From IMG/VR virus record IMGVR_UViG_3300008516_000159: a DNA stretch of 64,000 bases. One strand, written 5' to 3'. Under the pieces are notes generated by a model. It did no database searches. It saw only the letters and a list, made by a program, of their open reading frames with translations, and was not told where the DNA came from. Shown here piece by piece: positions 9,574 through 19,562 of this stretch. Positions within the stretch are counted from its first letter, which is position 1. Every line of letters begins with the position of its first letter. Made by a program: the position numbers and the translations under genes. Source of the stretch: a virus.

Positions 9574-10776
9574 TTACGGTAGTGGTATAGTAACATCACA
9601 TGTCGCGATTATACCGGCAATGATCAAATCTACATCATGTGTGCTCGACTCCTCAATCAGCAACCAGTAGTGATATAAAGATCTATCAATGAGATCTGAC
9701 CCTGTGGCGAAGTCGGTTGTATTAATAGTATCAAAATCCGTCGTGCTTGTGGTATGAGTAATCTGTGCCATTTCAGAACCAAGACCGCTTACCATATCGG
9801 TTGCCATTAGTTTGATCAGAAGATCGTGTACGCCCTCAGAATAAAGGGCTATCTCGAGTTCAGTAATCATAGCGTCATGCGGCAGCTGTAGCCCCACTAC
9901 ATATTGGCCTGTTCCAAAGTCGCCGCCGGTCGGATTAGTGTAAGCAGCACCATTCTCATTTATCTGCCAGTCACCAATACCGAATGGAGAGAATGAATAA
10001 GGTCTGCTTTGAACATTCTTGAATGACGCGTCATCAGCAAGACCAGCTTCTTGAACCTCGCCATCGGTGTGAGCATGAACCGTATTAGCTTTGCCACCCA
10101 AGAGAGTGTCGACCGTACCCTGAGCATAATATCTGTCATCGTGAGTGTGGTCGCCTTGAGCAACCTGATTAGAAAGCACTCCAATGTCTCCGTTGTTGGA
10201 GAGATTGTCATACGTAACACCGGCAGATGTAATGTATGTTGCAGAGTGATACGTATTGTTGTGAGAGGTAGGAGTTCTAGCATCAGACAACCTGGCATCA
10301 TTTGCTTGAATTATTTTTGATGCGTCTGCTCCTGCCGATATGATGTTGTCGAGCTGAGTGTATACTATGTCTCCGGTAATATCTGTAAACGGGTGATTAT
10401 GTGCATTAGGATCCCTGCTGTCGGATAACCTGGCATCATTGGCTTGAATTATCTTCGACGCTTCTGCCGCTGCCGATATGATGCTATCGAGCTGAGTGTA
10501 TACTATGTCCCCGGTAACTTCAGTAAACGGGTGATTATGCGCTGATGGCGCAAATGTACCGGGTATACTATCCAAATTGGCATAGGTTACCTTTTGGCCA
10601 TCTAAAATTGTGCCGCTGTGAGTGTGACCGCCGGTCGGACCACCCTCGTTGAACCGGGCGTCTATGCTAGCCTCTACTTCATCGCTAGCACCGCCGGTTT
10701 CAACCGCGGTACCAACTTTATTGTCAAATTGTGTTTCGTCGACTTGATAGTTTAGGTTTATTTTTGTCTCTGCCAT
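9574..10776 (-). CDS. Fibre/spike-like structural protein with His-rich repeats
   Basis: HxH repeats (GHTH, AHNH, DHTH) typical of trimeric fibres; N-terminus shared with 60381 and 62764 proteins. Confidence 0.7.
   Translation of the reverse strand: MAETKINLNYQVDETQFDNKVGTAVETGGASDEVEASIDARFNEGGPTGGHTHSGTILDGQKVTYANLDSIPGTFAPSAHNHPFTEVTGDIVYTQLDSIISAAAEASKIIQANDARLSDSRDPNAHNHPFTDITGDIVYTQLDNIISAGADASKIIQANDARLSDARTPTSHNNTYHSATYITSAGVTYDNLSNNGDIGVLSNQVAQGDHTHDDRYYAQGTVDTLLGGKANTVHAHTDGEVQEAGLADDASFKNVQSRPYSFSPFGIGDWQINENGAAYTNPTGGDFGTGQYVVGLQLPHDAMITELEIALYSEGVHDLLIKLMATDMVSGLGSEMAQITHTTSTTDFDTINTTDFATGSDLIDRSLYHYWLLIEESSTHDVDLIIAGIIATCDVTIPLP
10267..10542 (-). repeat. 138-bp (46-aa) intragenic tandem duplication
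   Basis: AHNHPFT[E/D]..GDIVYTQLD.IISA.A.ASKIIQANDARLSD.R.P twice; period 138 bp. Confidence 0.9.
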
Positions 10777-10787
10777 TATTTATTTCC

Positions 10788-11102
10788 TCATTTGAATAAA
10801 AAATCAAATATTTTAGGATAATGTTTCATCTCTAATACGTCTGGTTTTTCAAAAGTCCAATCAGACTTACACAATCTCACGTCTTTGTTAATAATTATTC
10901 CAGGTCTGCCTTCTTTTATTTCGAATATCGAAGCTTTGATTGAAAATAATGTACCATACTTCTTTTTTTCAATAAAAAGTATGTGAAGACGATCCATAAG
11001 GATTCGATACTGCGGTAGTATAATAAACTTCTGTCCGGCTCCAACCTGCTCATAGGCCAACCCTTTCGTTTCCTCGTCCAATCTGGTCTGTCCTGTCTCC
11101 AT
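10788..11102 (-). CDS. Small hypothetical protein, C-terminal helix family
   Basis: Ends KHYPKIFDFLFK. Confidence 0.6.
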   Translation of the reverse strand: METGQTRLDEETKGLAYEQVGAGQKFIILPQYRILMDRLHILFIEKKKYGTLFSIKASIFEIKEGRPGIIINKDVRLCKSDWTFEKPDVLEMKHYPKIFDFLFK

Positions 11103-11104
11103 TG

Positions 11105-11410
11105 TTATTTAAATATCATATCGAATATCATTGAATAGTGTTTTCTTCGGAGCACATAAGCGTTCGGAAACCTTCCGTGATACTCGCCTGGATAAATAAT
11201 CGTACTCTTGCCAGTTTGCGTGAACATTCCACTGATACTCGAATAACTCACGTTGAGCCATTTTATAAATAATCCCCTTTTAAAAGGGAGTGATCCCTTT
11301 TCTTCTTTGTGCGTGACCAGGAATATCATATAATCGACGGAAGTTCGCCTGGAAAAATATTTCTTTCCCACTTCTAGTTCTTCAAATGATATTCTCGGTT
11401 GATCACTCAT
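11105..11410 (-). CDS. Small hypothetical protein, C-terminal helix family
   Basis: ELEVGKKYF N-terminal motif; ends KHYSMIFDMIFK. Confidence 0.6.
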   Translation of the reverse strand: MSDQPRISFEELEVGKKYFSRRTSVDYMIFLVTHKEEKGSLPFKRGLFIKWLNVSYSSISGMFTQTGKSTIIYPGEYHGRFPNAYVLRRKHYSMIFDMIFK

Positions 11411-11508
11411 TTAGACTTCCAATCAAGCTTATCTTGTGATTATTTTATCTCTACATTATCTTTGGGAACACATATATAATATATATAAAAGCTTATGTGG
11501 AGGCTCTT

Positions 11509-11904
11509 GTGATATTCGAATTTGACATTGACAACACTTTGGTAACGCAGGGAACACCTGGAGAATACAACACGTGCTCTCCGATAGACGGCGCTGTGGA
11601 AAGAGTAAACAAATTACACGATTTGGGCCATGTCATAATTCTACACACGGCTCGGCACTGGATGCACTTTGACGTAACATACAATCAAATGAAGAGATTT
11701 GGTTTCAAGTTTCATTCTCTCTTGATGGGTAAAGTCAATGCTGACGTCATAATAGACGATAGAGCTGTGCCAAGCATCTATGATTTATCAGTTGACCTAT
11801 TTAAAAGAGCCTACAAGCTGTGCTTGGTTTGTGATAAAGAATGCGACGTCCAGGAAAAAAAGAAGCAAGATTTAGCCGTATTAGAAAAAGAATGGGATTT
11901 TTGA
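11509..11904 (+). CDS. HAD-family phosphatase (capsule-biosynthesis BcbF-like)
   Basis: FDIDNTL (DxDxT), ILHTAR, GK..ADVIIDDRA; GTG start after GGAGG. Confidence 0.8.
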   Translation: MIFEFDIDNTLVTQGTPGEYNTCSPIDGAVERVNKLHDLGHVIILHTARHWMHFDVTYNQMKRFGFKFHSLLMGKVNADVIIDDRAVPSIYDLSVDLFKRAYKLCLVCDKECDVQEKKKQDLAVLEKEWDF

Positions 11905-11990
11905 CGAGATATGTTTGTCAAGAAAATATAAATAAAATGTCCGAAAACATAAGATATCCTTTGTTGATGTGTTTGAGGTAGTAGAGTAAG

Positions 11991-12218
11991 ATGGGATCGG
12001 TAGAAATCAAAGTTGTTATAACATCTGGAAAGTTGTTGTGCCCGACTGCTAACGGAGGTTGTGGCAACGACACGTTTTATGCTGGAATAATGAACACATT
12101 TACGGGAAGCAGAGTTTATTTAAAATGCACTGAGTGTGAATACAAAATGTCTATTCCTATAGATCGGATCAACTTTGTCGAAGAAAATACAGGTCCACTC
12201 GAAATTCTTGAGGACTAA
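11991..12218 (+). CDS. Small Zn-ribbon protein
   Basis: CP....GC and CTEC motifs. Confidence 0.55.
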   Translation: MGSVEIKVVITSGKLLCPTANGGCGNDTFYAGIMNTFTGSRVYLKCTECEYKMSIPIDRINFVEENTGPLEILED

Positions 12219-12316
12219 GAATAACTAAACAGTAGACAGGCAGGTAGAAAATAGATAGTAAAAAGGAAGAAAAATATTACTCAAGTATTAATACTGGTTA
12301 ACTGGGCGCTTATAAA

Positions 12317-12997
12317 ATGAATATATGTGTGATTCCTGCTCGTTCTGGTTCTAAACGAATCAAAGACAAAAACATTCGTGATATTGCGACAAAGCCGTTG
12401 ATCTACTGGTCCATGAAAGCGGCTGAAGAAGCGAAATGTATAGACAAGACCCTTGTTTCTACCGATAGCCCTGATTATATCACTATAATCAAAGGTATCA
12501 ACACTTTGTCTGGATTCAAGAACACTTACCCCATAACCCGCAAAGCGCAGTACTCCACCGCCAGAGCGCAGTTAGAAGAATTCATAATTCCTTTGTTGAA
12601 AAAAAACAAGTGCGATAACCTCATTCTTTTGCAACCCACTTCGCCCGTCCGACTGCCTGGAACTATAGACAAAGCATATGATTATTTCAAAGAACAAAAA
12701 GCCGATAGCTTGGTTTCTGTCGGTAAAATAAAGAGTTTTATTTGGAGAGATGGTGAACCCAACTACAACCCCGAAAAAAGGCCTCGTTCTCAAGAATATT
12801 ATTCTGGCCTGTATTTCGAAACAGGGTCTATTTATGTCACGAGCTATAAAGCGTTTATGGAACACACCAATAGATTAGCTGGAAAAATAGTCACCTTTGA
12901 AATGCAGCCAGAGGAGCTCTTCGAGATAGACGACGAACTGGATTTCGTTATCTGCGATGCTATTCTAAGAAATTACAACAAAGACGCCAAAGAATAA
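12317..12997 (+). CDS. neuA: Acylneuraminate cytidylyltransferase (CMP-sialic/nonulosonic acid synthetase)
   Basis: VIPARSGSKRIKDKNI, VSTDS, LLQPTSPVR, ETGSIY, EIDDELD motifs. Confidence 0.9.
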   Translation: MNICVIPARSGSKRIKDKNIRDIATKPLIYWSMKAAEEAKCIDKTLVSTDSPDYITIIKGINTLSGFKNTYPITRKAQYSTARAQLEEFIIPLLKKNKCDNLILLQPTSPVRLPGTIDKAYDYFKEQKADSLVSVGKIKSFIWRDGEPNYNPEKRPRSQEYYSGLYFETGSIYVTSYKAFMEHTNRLAGKIVTFEMQPEELFEIDDELDFVICDAILRNYNKDAKE

Positions 12998-13017
12998 CCG
13001 CTACATATATATACAGG

Positions 13018-13284
13018 ATGGAACGTAGCGATAATTTATTTGATATGTGTCCCACTGATACGTCCAGGAAATTACTGTCCTTGATCGTAGAAGAACATAT
13101 TTGGGATCTCGAAAAGCTTAAAGCCCGTTGTTCAGAGGACTTCATTAATCGCGTATTGCTTGAGGCTTTGGATGATCTTATTAAGTATAAAGTGATTGTT
13201 GTTGTTCCATCCTTCCGAATAAATAAACGAAACAAATGGGAAACGTATGATAAAATAACACTAGGGGTCAATAATGAGCAATAG
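13018..13284 (+). CDS. Hypothetical protein (possible winged helix)
   Basis: ORF coupled to downstream HTH gene. Confidence 0.5.
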   Translation: MERSDNLFDMCPTDTSRKLLSLIVEEHIWDLEKLKARCSEDFINRVLLEALDDLIKYKVIVVVPSFRINKRNKWETYDKITLGVNNEQ

Positions 13285-14197
13285 TAGTTATGATAGTGCG
13301 CTGCAAAATCAAATCAAAACAGCCGGGTTCGATGTGAGGAAAATACCGAAAAGCTTGGACCTTCACTTCAAAACAGATAGCTTCGCAAGTATACCAACCT
13401 GGATAATTAAATTATGTTCTAGCAGAGAAATCAGCCCAGGATCCTTGGCTTTATACTGTGCTGTATCTAATATGTGCTACCACAACAAAGCATTCGCCTG
13501 GGCATCAAGAGAAGAGTTGGCCAGACGGAGTGGATTATCAGTACGCACTGTATATACCAAGCTAAACGAACTTGTAGATGCTGGGGCCATCGTTATTTTA
13601 ACGCAAATGACAAGTATTAACAAAAGCAAATCATTAATATTCAGACTGCCTAAGAGAAACGTGCCTGGCACAAACGAATTCATATCATCTCACAGAGGAA
13701 ATAATGGAAGACAAAAAGAGAGCATGCCGAAATCGGCACGAGGAGCATGCCAAATCCGGCACGAGGAGCATGCCGAATCCGGCATGAGAGAGCATGCCGG
13801 ATTTGACATACGAAGCATAGGAACTAGTAACCATAGGAAGGGAAGCAGAGGAAGGGAAGTAGTAGTACCGAATTTTTCCGCTACGCAGAAAAATTCATCA
13901 AAGAGAGTGAGTAATGTCGCTAGTGAAGCAAAGCTGTTAATCAAAAACTACTATGCTTGGATTAACGATGAGTTGGATTTGTCTTTAACTCCAAGAAAAG
14001 GAGATTTTGATAACGCTCATGAGTTAATCGATCGCAAGGGAGCCAATCCGGAAACATTCTTAAGATTTATAAAAGAGAATGTTAATGATCATTACTTTGC
14101 CAAGACAGACAAACACTTTTCCATTTGGACCTCAGATGGTTTTATATCTTATTACAGCGAAAAATATAACGACATTTTTACAGATGATGTAGAATAA
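13274..14197 (+). CDS. Helix-turn-helix replication-initiator-like protein
   Basis: ALYCAV...AWASREELARRSGLSVRTVYTKLNELVDAGAI (HTH_36/lambda O-like); internal DNA iterons. Confidence 0.7.
   Translation: MSNSSYDSALQNQIKTAGFDVRKIPKSLDLHFKTDSFASIPTWIIKLCSSREISPGSLALYCAVSNMCYHNKAFAWASREELARRSGLSVRTVYTKLNELVDAGAIVILTQMTSINKSKSLIFRLPKRNVPGTNEFISSHRGNNGRQKESMPKSARGACQIRHEEHAESGMREHAGFDIRSIGTSNHRKGSRGREVVVPNFSATQKNSSKRVSNVASEAKLLIKNYYAWINDELDLSLTPRKGDFDNAHELIDRKGANPETFLRFIKENVNDHYFAKTDKHFSIWTSDGFISYYSEKYNDIFTDDVE
13720..13808. repeat. Four 23-24 bp iterons, putative replication origin
   Basis: GAGCATGCC cores at 13720, 13743, 13766, 13790, most with TGCC-N-GGCA dyad; first two periods (23 bp) not a multiple of 3. 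Confidence 0.8.
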
Positions 14198-14262
14198 GTC
14201 AACGAATTGACACTCGAAGCATATATATAGGAGCAATAATATATTAATCGGAGGTGATAAGT

Positions 14263-14850
14263 ATGCCTATCCCACGTGAACTGTACGATAAGGTTAAAAA
14301 GGTAAAAACGCCGGACGACTTCAAAAAGTTTTATGTAGAGGTGTCCAAGATTATAACAGAGAAAAACTCAGAGGAGATTATAGCAGCAATTATTCTGGCG
14401 GCCGCTCAAATGGCTGTCGGAGATTTTCCGAAATTAATTAGTAAGAAAAACAAAGCCGGTGCTATTATGTGGAACTTTATCAGGCATTGGATGCCCGAAT
14501 TCGCTTTTTCTCCATTGAGAATATTAATATACGAGGACCTGCTTTATCCTCAATTTGAAAGGAATTTTAGGACCATCGACGACAGTATAAACGTTTGGAT
14601 TGTAGATCAAGCCAAAAGGTTACTGGAAAGTCAAAAGGCTTCGAGTCCAACATTAAAGGCTCATTGGCAAAGTATTGTCGATGGTTATATTCCATATGGT
14701 TTAGAATTGGAAAAAGACTTTCTGGAAAGAATGGCAACAAAACAAAAACCAACAACCGCGGTCAAGGTCGCTGGCGGCACCGAAAAAACCGAAACCAAGA
14801 CTGACGCAAAACCAGAAACAACAAACACGACGAAAAAGAAAGGCGAATAA
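14263..14850 (+). CDS. Hypothetical protein
   Basis: GGAGGTG RBS; long ORF. Confidence 0.7.
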   Translation: MPIPRELYDKVKKVKTPDDFKKFYVEVSKIITEKNSEEIIAAIILAAAQMAVGDFPKLISKKNKAGAIMWNFIRHWMPEFAFSPLRILIYEDLLYPQFERNFRTIDDSINVWIVDQAKRLLESQKASSPTLKAHWQSIVDGYIPYGLELEKDFLERMATKQKPTTAVKVAGGTEKTETKTDAKPETTNTTKKKGE

Positions 14851-14852
14851 AC

Positions 14853-15488
14853 ATGGGGATGTACGACACTGTAGAGTTGGAAAGGTCTATAACGTGCGCT
14901 AGTTGCAATTGTGTGATCAATGATGTTCAGACCAAGTATTTCAATTGTGCGCTCATGAAATATTGTGTTGGCGATTTTGTTATGGGAACATTTGATACAC
15001 ATATATTTCGAGAAATTGTGTATTGTCGCGATTGTAGGAAAGACATTCAAAACGCATTTATTGTTGTCAAGAATGGAATATTGATAGCAGTAGAAGAAAC
15101 TTGTAATGCCGCTGAACGCATGTTAAAAGCTTTTGACAAATTAGACATGTTAGAGTTGTACAGTAGAATATCCCATAAAAAAGATGAGTATGTGGAAAAA
15201 TTCAACGGATTACATCATGACATTTATAACATAGTGTCATGGTATAGCAAGACTTCGAAGGAACAAGAAGAAATCAAAGTCCACCACGCGTGGTCTTTTG
15301 CGTATAATAATTATATGAATAAAGACATATTAACTGTTCTTCGCGGCTTGCTAGAGGAGTATGATGACGATGGCGAGTTTATCGATTGTGAATGCGAGCC
15401 TTCTGCTGAAGGACCACCAGTCGAAACTGACATTGGTGATGAATCTGCTGACGGGGAAGATTCGAGTAGCGAAGGGTCTAATTCTTGA
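14853..15488 (+). CDS. Hypothetical Zn-binding protein
   Basis: MGMYDTV...CASC...QTK and CRDC motifs. Confidence 0.65.
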   Translation: MGMYDTVELERSITCASCNCVINDVQTKYFNCALMKYCVGDFVMGTFDTHIFREIVYCRDCRKDIQNAFIVVKNGILIAVEETCNAAERMLKAFDKLDMLELYSRISHKKDEYVEKFNGLHHDIYNIVSWYSKTSKEQEEIKVHHAWSFAYNNYMNKDILTVLRGLLEEYDDDGEFIDCECEPSAEGPPVETDIGDESADGEDSSSEGSNS

Positions 15489-16188
15489 TGAAAAAAGCAA
15501 GGATTTTTGGAGGTTATTAGGAGCCAACATTTCAGAGCTTGGGAATTTGTATGTGGCTCGAAAGAAAAGAAATATAAGTAAGAGGTTTCTTCATGGAGAA
15601 AAGGTTCAAGACGAGCTTTTCGATCCGGAACCACTCGAAACTAGTGTATATCTATCGGAATCAGATGTCAACTTAGCCGGGCATACTGTTGAGAATCCAA
15701 CAGACTGGCACTTTGTAAATCCGAGTGATGGTTTGACATCAGACACGCCTCTTTTAGATAACACAGTATGGGCCGGCATTACCACTGGCAGCAACAGCGA
15801 CGACGTGCCTCTTTTTGCGGTTAATAATGACCCACAGTATACAAATCAGACATATACAATCGGCAGTGTTTCTTCTGGCAGCTGGACGACAGGAATTATC
15901 GACCCCTATCCAAACGCGTTGGATCAACCCACATGGACTACGGGTACTTGTAACACAACAACAAAACCTCTAAACGGTGTTACAACTTTCGACAAGGTTT
16001 ATGTCAATAAAAAAACACGTCGCATGACCAATGAACAATCTAGTGGCATCTCTATTGATCCATGCTCATTGAAAGTCGCGATTGACAGAGATATAAAAAA
16101 CCCGTGTAGACTTTTCTATAGAGCCTTGTTGGATAACTTTACTTTTGATGAAATATTTTATTACAGATACGGTCTCGAGGAATTATAA
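15439..16188 (+). CDS. Hypothetical protein (start uncertain)
   Basis: Long open frame; Thr-rich middle. Confidence 0.55.
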   Translation: MNLLTGKIRVAKGLILDEKSKDFWRLLGANISELGNLYVARKKRNISKRFLHGEKVQDELFDPEPLETSVYLSESDVNLAGHTVENPTDWHFVNPSDGLTSDTPLLDNTVWAGITTGSNSDDVPLFAVNNDPQYTNQTYTIGSVSSGSWTTGIIDPYPNALDQPTWTTGTCNTTTKPLNGVTTFDKVYVNKKTRRMTNEQSSGISIDPCSLKVAIDRDIKNPCRLFYRALLDNFTFDEIFYYRYGLEEL

Positions 16189-16760
16189 TGAAAAAAATAT
16201 ACCCTTTCAATATGAAGCCAATTTGCCGCATATACTGCGGCTGTGGTTGTGAAGATTATATTGAAATACATCGTTACTTATTTGGTACAGATGAAAAACC
16301 AGAATATGGATTTAGTTTCGTAAGCGATAGTTTCTATGATTTCAAGCATCGCTTGAAATTGTTCTTAACCCCTAAAAAAAAGTATGACGATAGCTTAGGC
16401 CTCATAATGCGCGATGATCAATACAAGGATACAATAGCAGTACTTCGAAATGAACTTGGCGACATCCCTCATAAAAAGTTTGAATTCAAGAAAGACGAAG
16501 ACGGACAATGCCTAAGACTTTTGGAGATCAAAGAGATAGAAAATGGTCATTTGTACGGAGAAATCTTCGTGGATTCCATAGTTTATTCTATAGATACTCC
16601 CGGGGATAGATGTGAAATAGATATCTATCCTGGACCTGCGAGCGTCTATAAACCCCGTGGTCTTTTTAGTCCCACGTTTCGAAAGACTAATCAAATAATG
16701 ATATCCAAAGAAAATTTAATAGAGTTTGCCCAACTCCTCGATTTTTATTGGGGAGATTAA
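16188..16760 (+). CDS. Hypothetical protein
   Basis: Coupled ORF, 190 aa. Confidence 0.65.
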   Translation: MKKIYPFNMKPICRIYCGCGCEDYIEIHRYLFGTDEKPEYGFSFVSDSFYDFKHRLKLFLTPKKKYDDSLGLIMRDDQYKDTIAVLRNELGDIPHKKFEFKKDEDGQCLRLLEIKEIENGHLYGEIFVDSIVYSIDTPGDRCEIDIYPGPASVYKPRGLFSPTFRKTNQIMISKENLIEFAQLLDFYWGD

Positions 16761-19117
16761 ACCAACAGGAGCAACGAGTGAAGAACGAGGATTTCTTCGA
16801 ATCGGAGTTTGCCGAAGCGATATTTAACTCCAAATATGCGAAAACGAAAAAGAACAATAAAAAGGAAACCTTAACAGATGCCGCCAAACGAATAGCAATT
16901 AATGAAAACAAGTACGATCCCGATCCGATAAAAAGAAAAGAAATGGAAGAGAAAACAGTTGCTTATATCCAGAAGAAGTGGTTTTCTCCAGGAGGTGGAC
17001 AGTGGAGGGCGGCTGGAAGTCCTACTAATAAAATATCAAATGTAAACTGTACTACCTCTATACCACCAGAGGATAATCTAGAAAGCATATTTAATGCGCT
17101 TTACTGGTGGGCAAAATTTGCCGCGTATGGTCAAGGAAATGGCGTAGATCTAAGTTTTCTGAGACCCGCAGGCGCGCCTCTACATAACACAGCAAAGACC
17201 TCAACAGGCGCCGTATCGTTTATGCCATGTTTTGACACTGTGCTTTCTACCATAGCCCAGGCCGGCAGACGCGGAGCCAGTCTTATTTCTATCCACGATG
17301 ATTATCCAGATTTTGAAAGCTTCTGCAAAATAAAAGAAGACGGCGATAGTATATCTACAGCCAACATTTCTGTTCAGATATCAGATGCGTTTATGAAAGC
17401 GGCGCTCAATGATCTTAAGTGGGTCCTAAAATGGGAGAGTAAAGAATATCCCGATGACAGAGTTGTTATAGAAAAAAAAGCCAAGGCGCTTTTTGATTTA
17501 CTCGTTAGTCAGGCGTGGCATACTGGCGATCCTGGTGTTCAGTTCATCAGCAGGATGCGACAGTATTCTAATTCAGATGTATACGGAAAAAAGTATCATG
17601 TTGTAAGTTCAAATGCTTGTTCGGAACAGGTGTTAGACCCACACAACACATGCGTGCTAGCTTCTTTATCGCTAGTACACGCTCCCACAGAGATAAATGA
17701 GTTTCTAAAATGGCTCGAAGAAATGTCACACTTTGGCGTTCGATATTTAGACAATGTAGTTTTGAATGAAGTAAATGAAAATCGCAGTCCATCTAAAATC
17801 CAAATTCAAAAAATGATCGACATGACCCGAATCGGCTTGGGAATGACGGGCTGGGCAGATTGGCTTATTCGTCAAAAGATACCATACGACAGCACGCGCG
17901 CTCTTGCGCTGGCTCAAACAGTATTTTCAAACTTTAGGAAGTTCACTATTCAAGCCTCCAACAAGCTTGGAGCCGACAGAGGAACCTTTGGCAGGTTTGA
18001 GCACAAAAAAGCATTAAAGTCTCGGCATTATAAAGAACTCATCGAGGAAGGTTTAATAACCTCCGATGATATCAAACATTTAAGGCATGTTGCGTGTACC
18101 ACTTACGCACCAACCGGTAGTGTGTCCATCATATTGGGTTGTGGCGGTACAGGCATAGAGCCTCTCTTCTCAAAATATTACGTGAGAAGGGAAAGGAGTT
18201 CAGGCGACGGGAAATGGAATGAGTGGTTTGTTTTCAATGATGCGGCCAGTAGATATTTGAAAGAACATCACCACGCCGTAAACAAAGAAAACGTTGAAAA
18301 ACACTGTAACGATGATTTTTGGTCTACGGCATACAGCGTAGATAATCTTAAAAAGATAGATTTTCTTAAAATAGTGCAACATTATTGTGATAGTTCTATT
18401 TCTACCACATTCAACCTCCCTATGGATTGTACCAAAGATAATATCGCAGAGATTTACACTTCGGCGTGGAAGGCTGGCCTAAAAGGGGCAACTGTCTATC
18501 GCGAAGGTTCAAAAACCGGCGTGCTAATAACTGAAAATAACTACGGGAAAATAGTTGAGGCCGGTCGCAAACCATACCAGATAAAAAGACATTATGCCCC
18601 ACCGAGACCAGTGGAGCTTCCGTGCGATATATATCATATGATATCAGAAAAGAAAAACTGGTTAGTAATGGTTGGCAAGATGGGCGATGAGCCCTATGAA
18701 ATATTTGCGGGTTTAGAAGACAAAATAAACATACCTAAGAAGTACAAAGAGGGGAAACTGGCCAAGGCGGGCAGAAGAAAATACTCACTTAAGATCCCCA
18801 TTGATGAAGAAGAAAATCTTGTATTCAACGATATACTATCTTTGTTTGAGAACAATGAATATAATGTACTTACCCGAATGATATCGATGAGTCTAAGACA
18901 CGGTACTCCAATCGAATTTATATCCGATCAGCTAGCCAAAGAAAGACAAGATTTTACCGCCTTTAATAAAGCAATTGCCCGGGTGCTCAAGAAATATCTC
19001 GTTGACGGCGAAAAGGTCGAAAGCAGAGGAGGTTGCCCGGAATGCGGCGGACAGGAAATGGTATTTCAGAACGGGTGCGCAACATGTGTTAGATGTGGGA
19101 ACTCTAAATGCTCGTAA
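16748..19117 (+). CDS. nrdJ: Class II (adenosylcobalamin-dependent) ribonucleotide reductase
   Basis: FSPGG, NCT, G.GVDLSFLRPAG, RRGA, TANISV, SSNACSEQ (NxCxE), TYAPTGSVS, SISTTFN, GATVYREGS; C-terminal CPECGG...CVRCGNSKCS. Confidence 0.92.
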   Translation: MGRLNQQEQRVKNEDFFESEFAEAIFNSKYAKTKKNNKKETLTDAAKRIAINENKYDPDPIKRKEMEEKTVAYIQKKWFSPGGGQWRAAGSPTNKISNVNCTTSIPPEDNLESIFNALYWWAKFAAYGQGNGVDLSFLRPAGAPLHNTAKTSTGAVSFMPCFDTVLSTIAQAGRRGASLISIHDDYPDFESFCKIKEDGDSISTANISVQISDAFMKAALNDLKWVLKWESKEYPDDRVVIEKKAKALFDLLVSQAWHTGDPGVQFISRMRQYSNSDVYGKKYHVVSSNACSEQVLDPHNTCVLASLSLVHAPTEINEFLKWLEEMSHFGVRYLDNVVLNEVNENRSPSKIQIQKMIDMTRIGLGMTGWADWLIRQKIPYDSTRALALAQTVFSNFRKFTIQASNKLGADRGTFGRFEHKKALKSRHYKELIEEGLITSDDIKHLRHVACTTYAPTGSVSIILGCGGTGIEPLFSKYYVRRERSSGDGKWNEWFVFNDAASRYLKEHHHAVNKENVEKHCNDDFWSTAYSVDNLKKIDFLKIVQHYCDSSISTTFNLPMDCTKDNIAEIYTSAWKAGLKGATVYREGSKTGVLITENNYGKIVEAGRKPYQIKRHYAPPRPVELPCDIYHMISEKKNWLVMVGKMGDEPYEIFAGLEDKINIPKKYKEGKLAKAGRRKYSLKIPIDEEENLVFNDILSLFENNEYNVLTRMISMSLRHGTPIEFISDQLAKERQDFTAFNKAIARVLKKYLVDGEKVESRGGCPECGGQEMVFQNGCATCVRCGNSKCS

Positions 19118-19127
19118 GGAGGAAGCC

Positions 19128-19562
19128 TTGAAATTACAGAGCTTACTCAGAGAGGTGTCTGAGTCTAAAAAAGTAAAGCTTATGTTTACAAATTTCAATG
19201 ACAGATCGCAAGACAAAGTTTGGCGATTGACCGCTTACAAGTTGGATCGCATTGTTGATGTGCATGACTTATTGGCTTTTACAGAACGAAGGCATTCCGA
19301 TGAAACGGTTGCCGCGGCTAGTACTGCTGTGTCGGAGTCAATTAAGACGGGGCAGCCTGTGCCAGATGAGAACCTGTGGGGCATGCACTTTGCGATAGAT
19401 GTCAAGTTCAGTGATACAGCCAGAGGTGTTAGTTTCATAATAGAAGATACCGGTATAGTGAAATTCAAAGTAAGGGTGGATGAGAAAGACCAGGCGGGCG
19501 TGATCAACTTCGATGATAATTTTACCGAGTACAAAGCCTATGTCAAGAAAAGTTTAGAATAA
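19128..19562 (+). CDS. Hypothetical protein
   Basis: TTG start after AGGAGG (LKLQSLLREVSE...), shorter than the tracked ORF. Confidence 0.65.
   Translation: MKLQSLLREVSESKKVKLMFTNFNDRSQDKVWRLTAYKLDRIVDVHDLLAFTERRHSDETVAAASTAVSESIKTGQPVPDENLWGMHFAIDVKFSDTARGVSFIIEDTGIVKFKVRVDEKDQAGVINFDDNFTEYKAYVKKSLE

Noticed and set aside
11927-11934. T4 late promoter TATAAATA
   Set aside because: Single occurrence noticed, not upstream of structural genes
18975-19127. N-terminal extension of the 18975 ORF overlapping RNR
   Set aside because: A better TTG start with AGGAGG at 19128 removes the overlap
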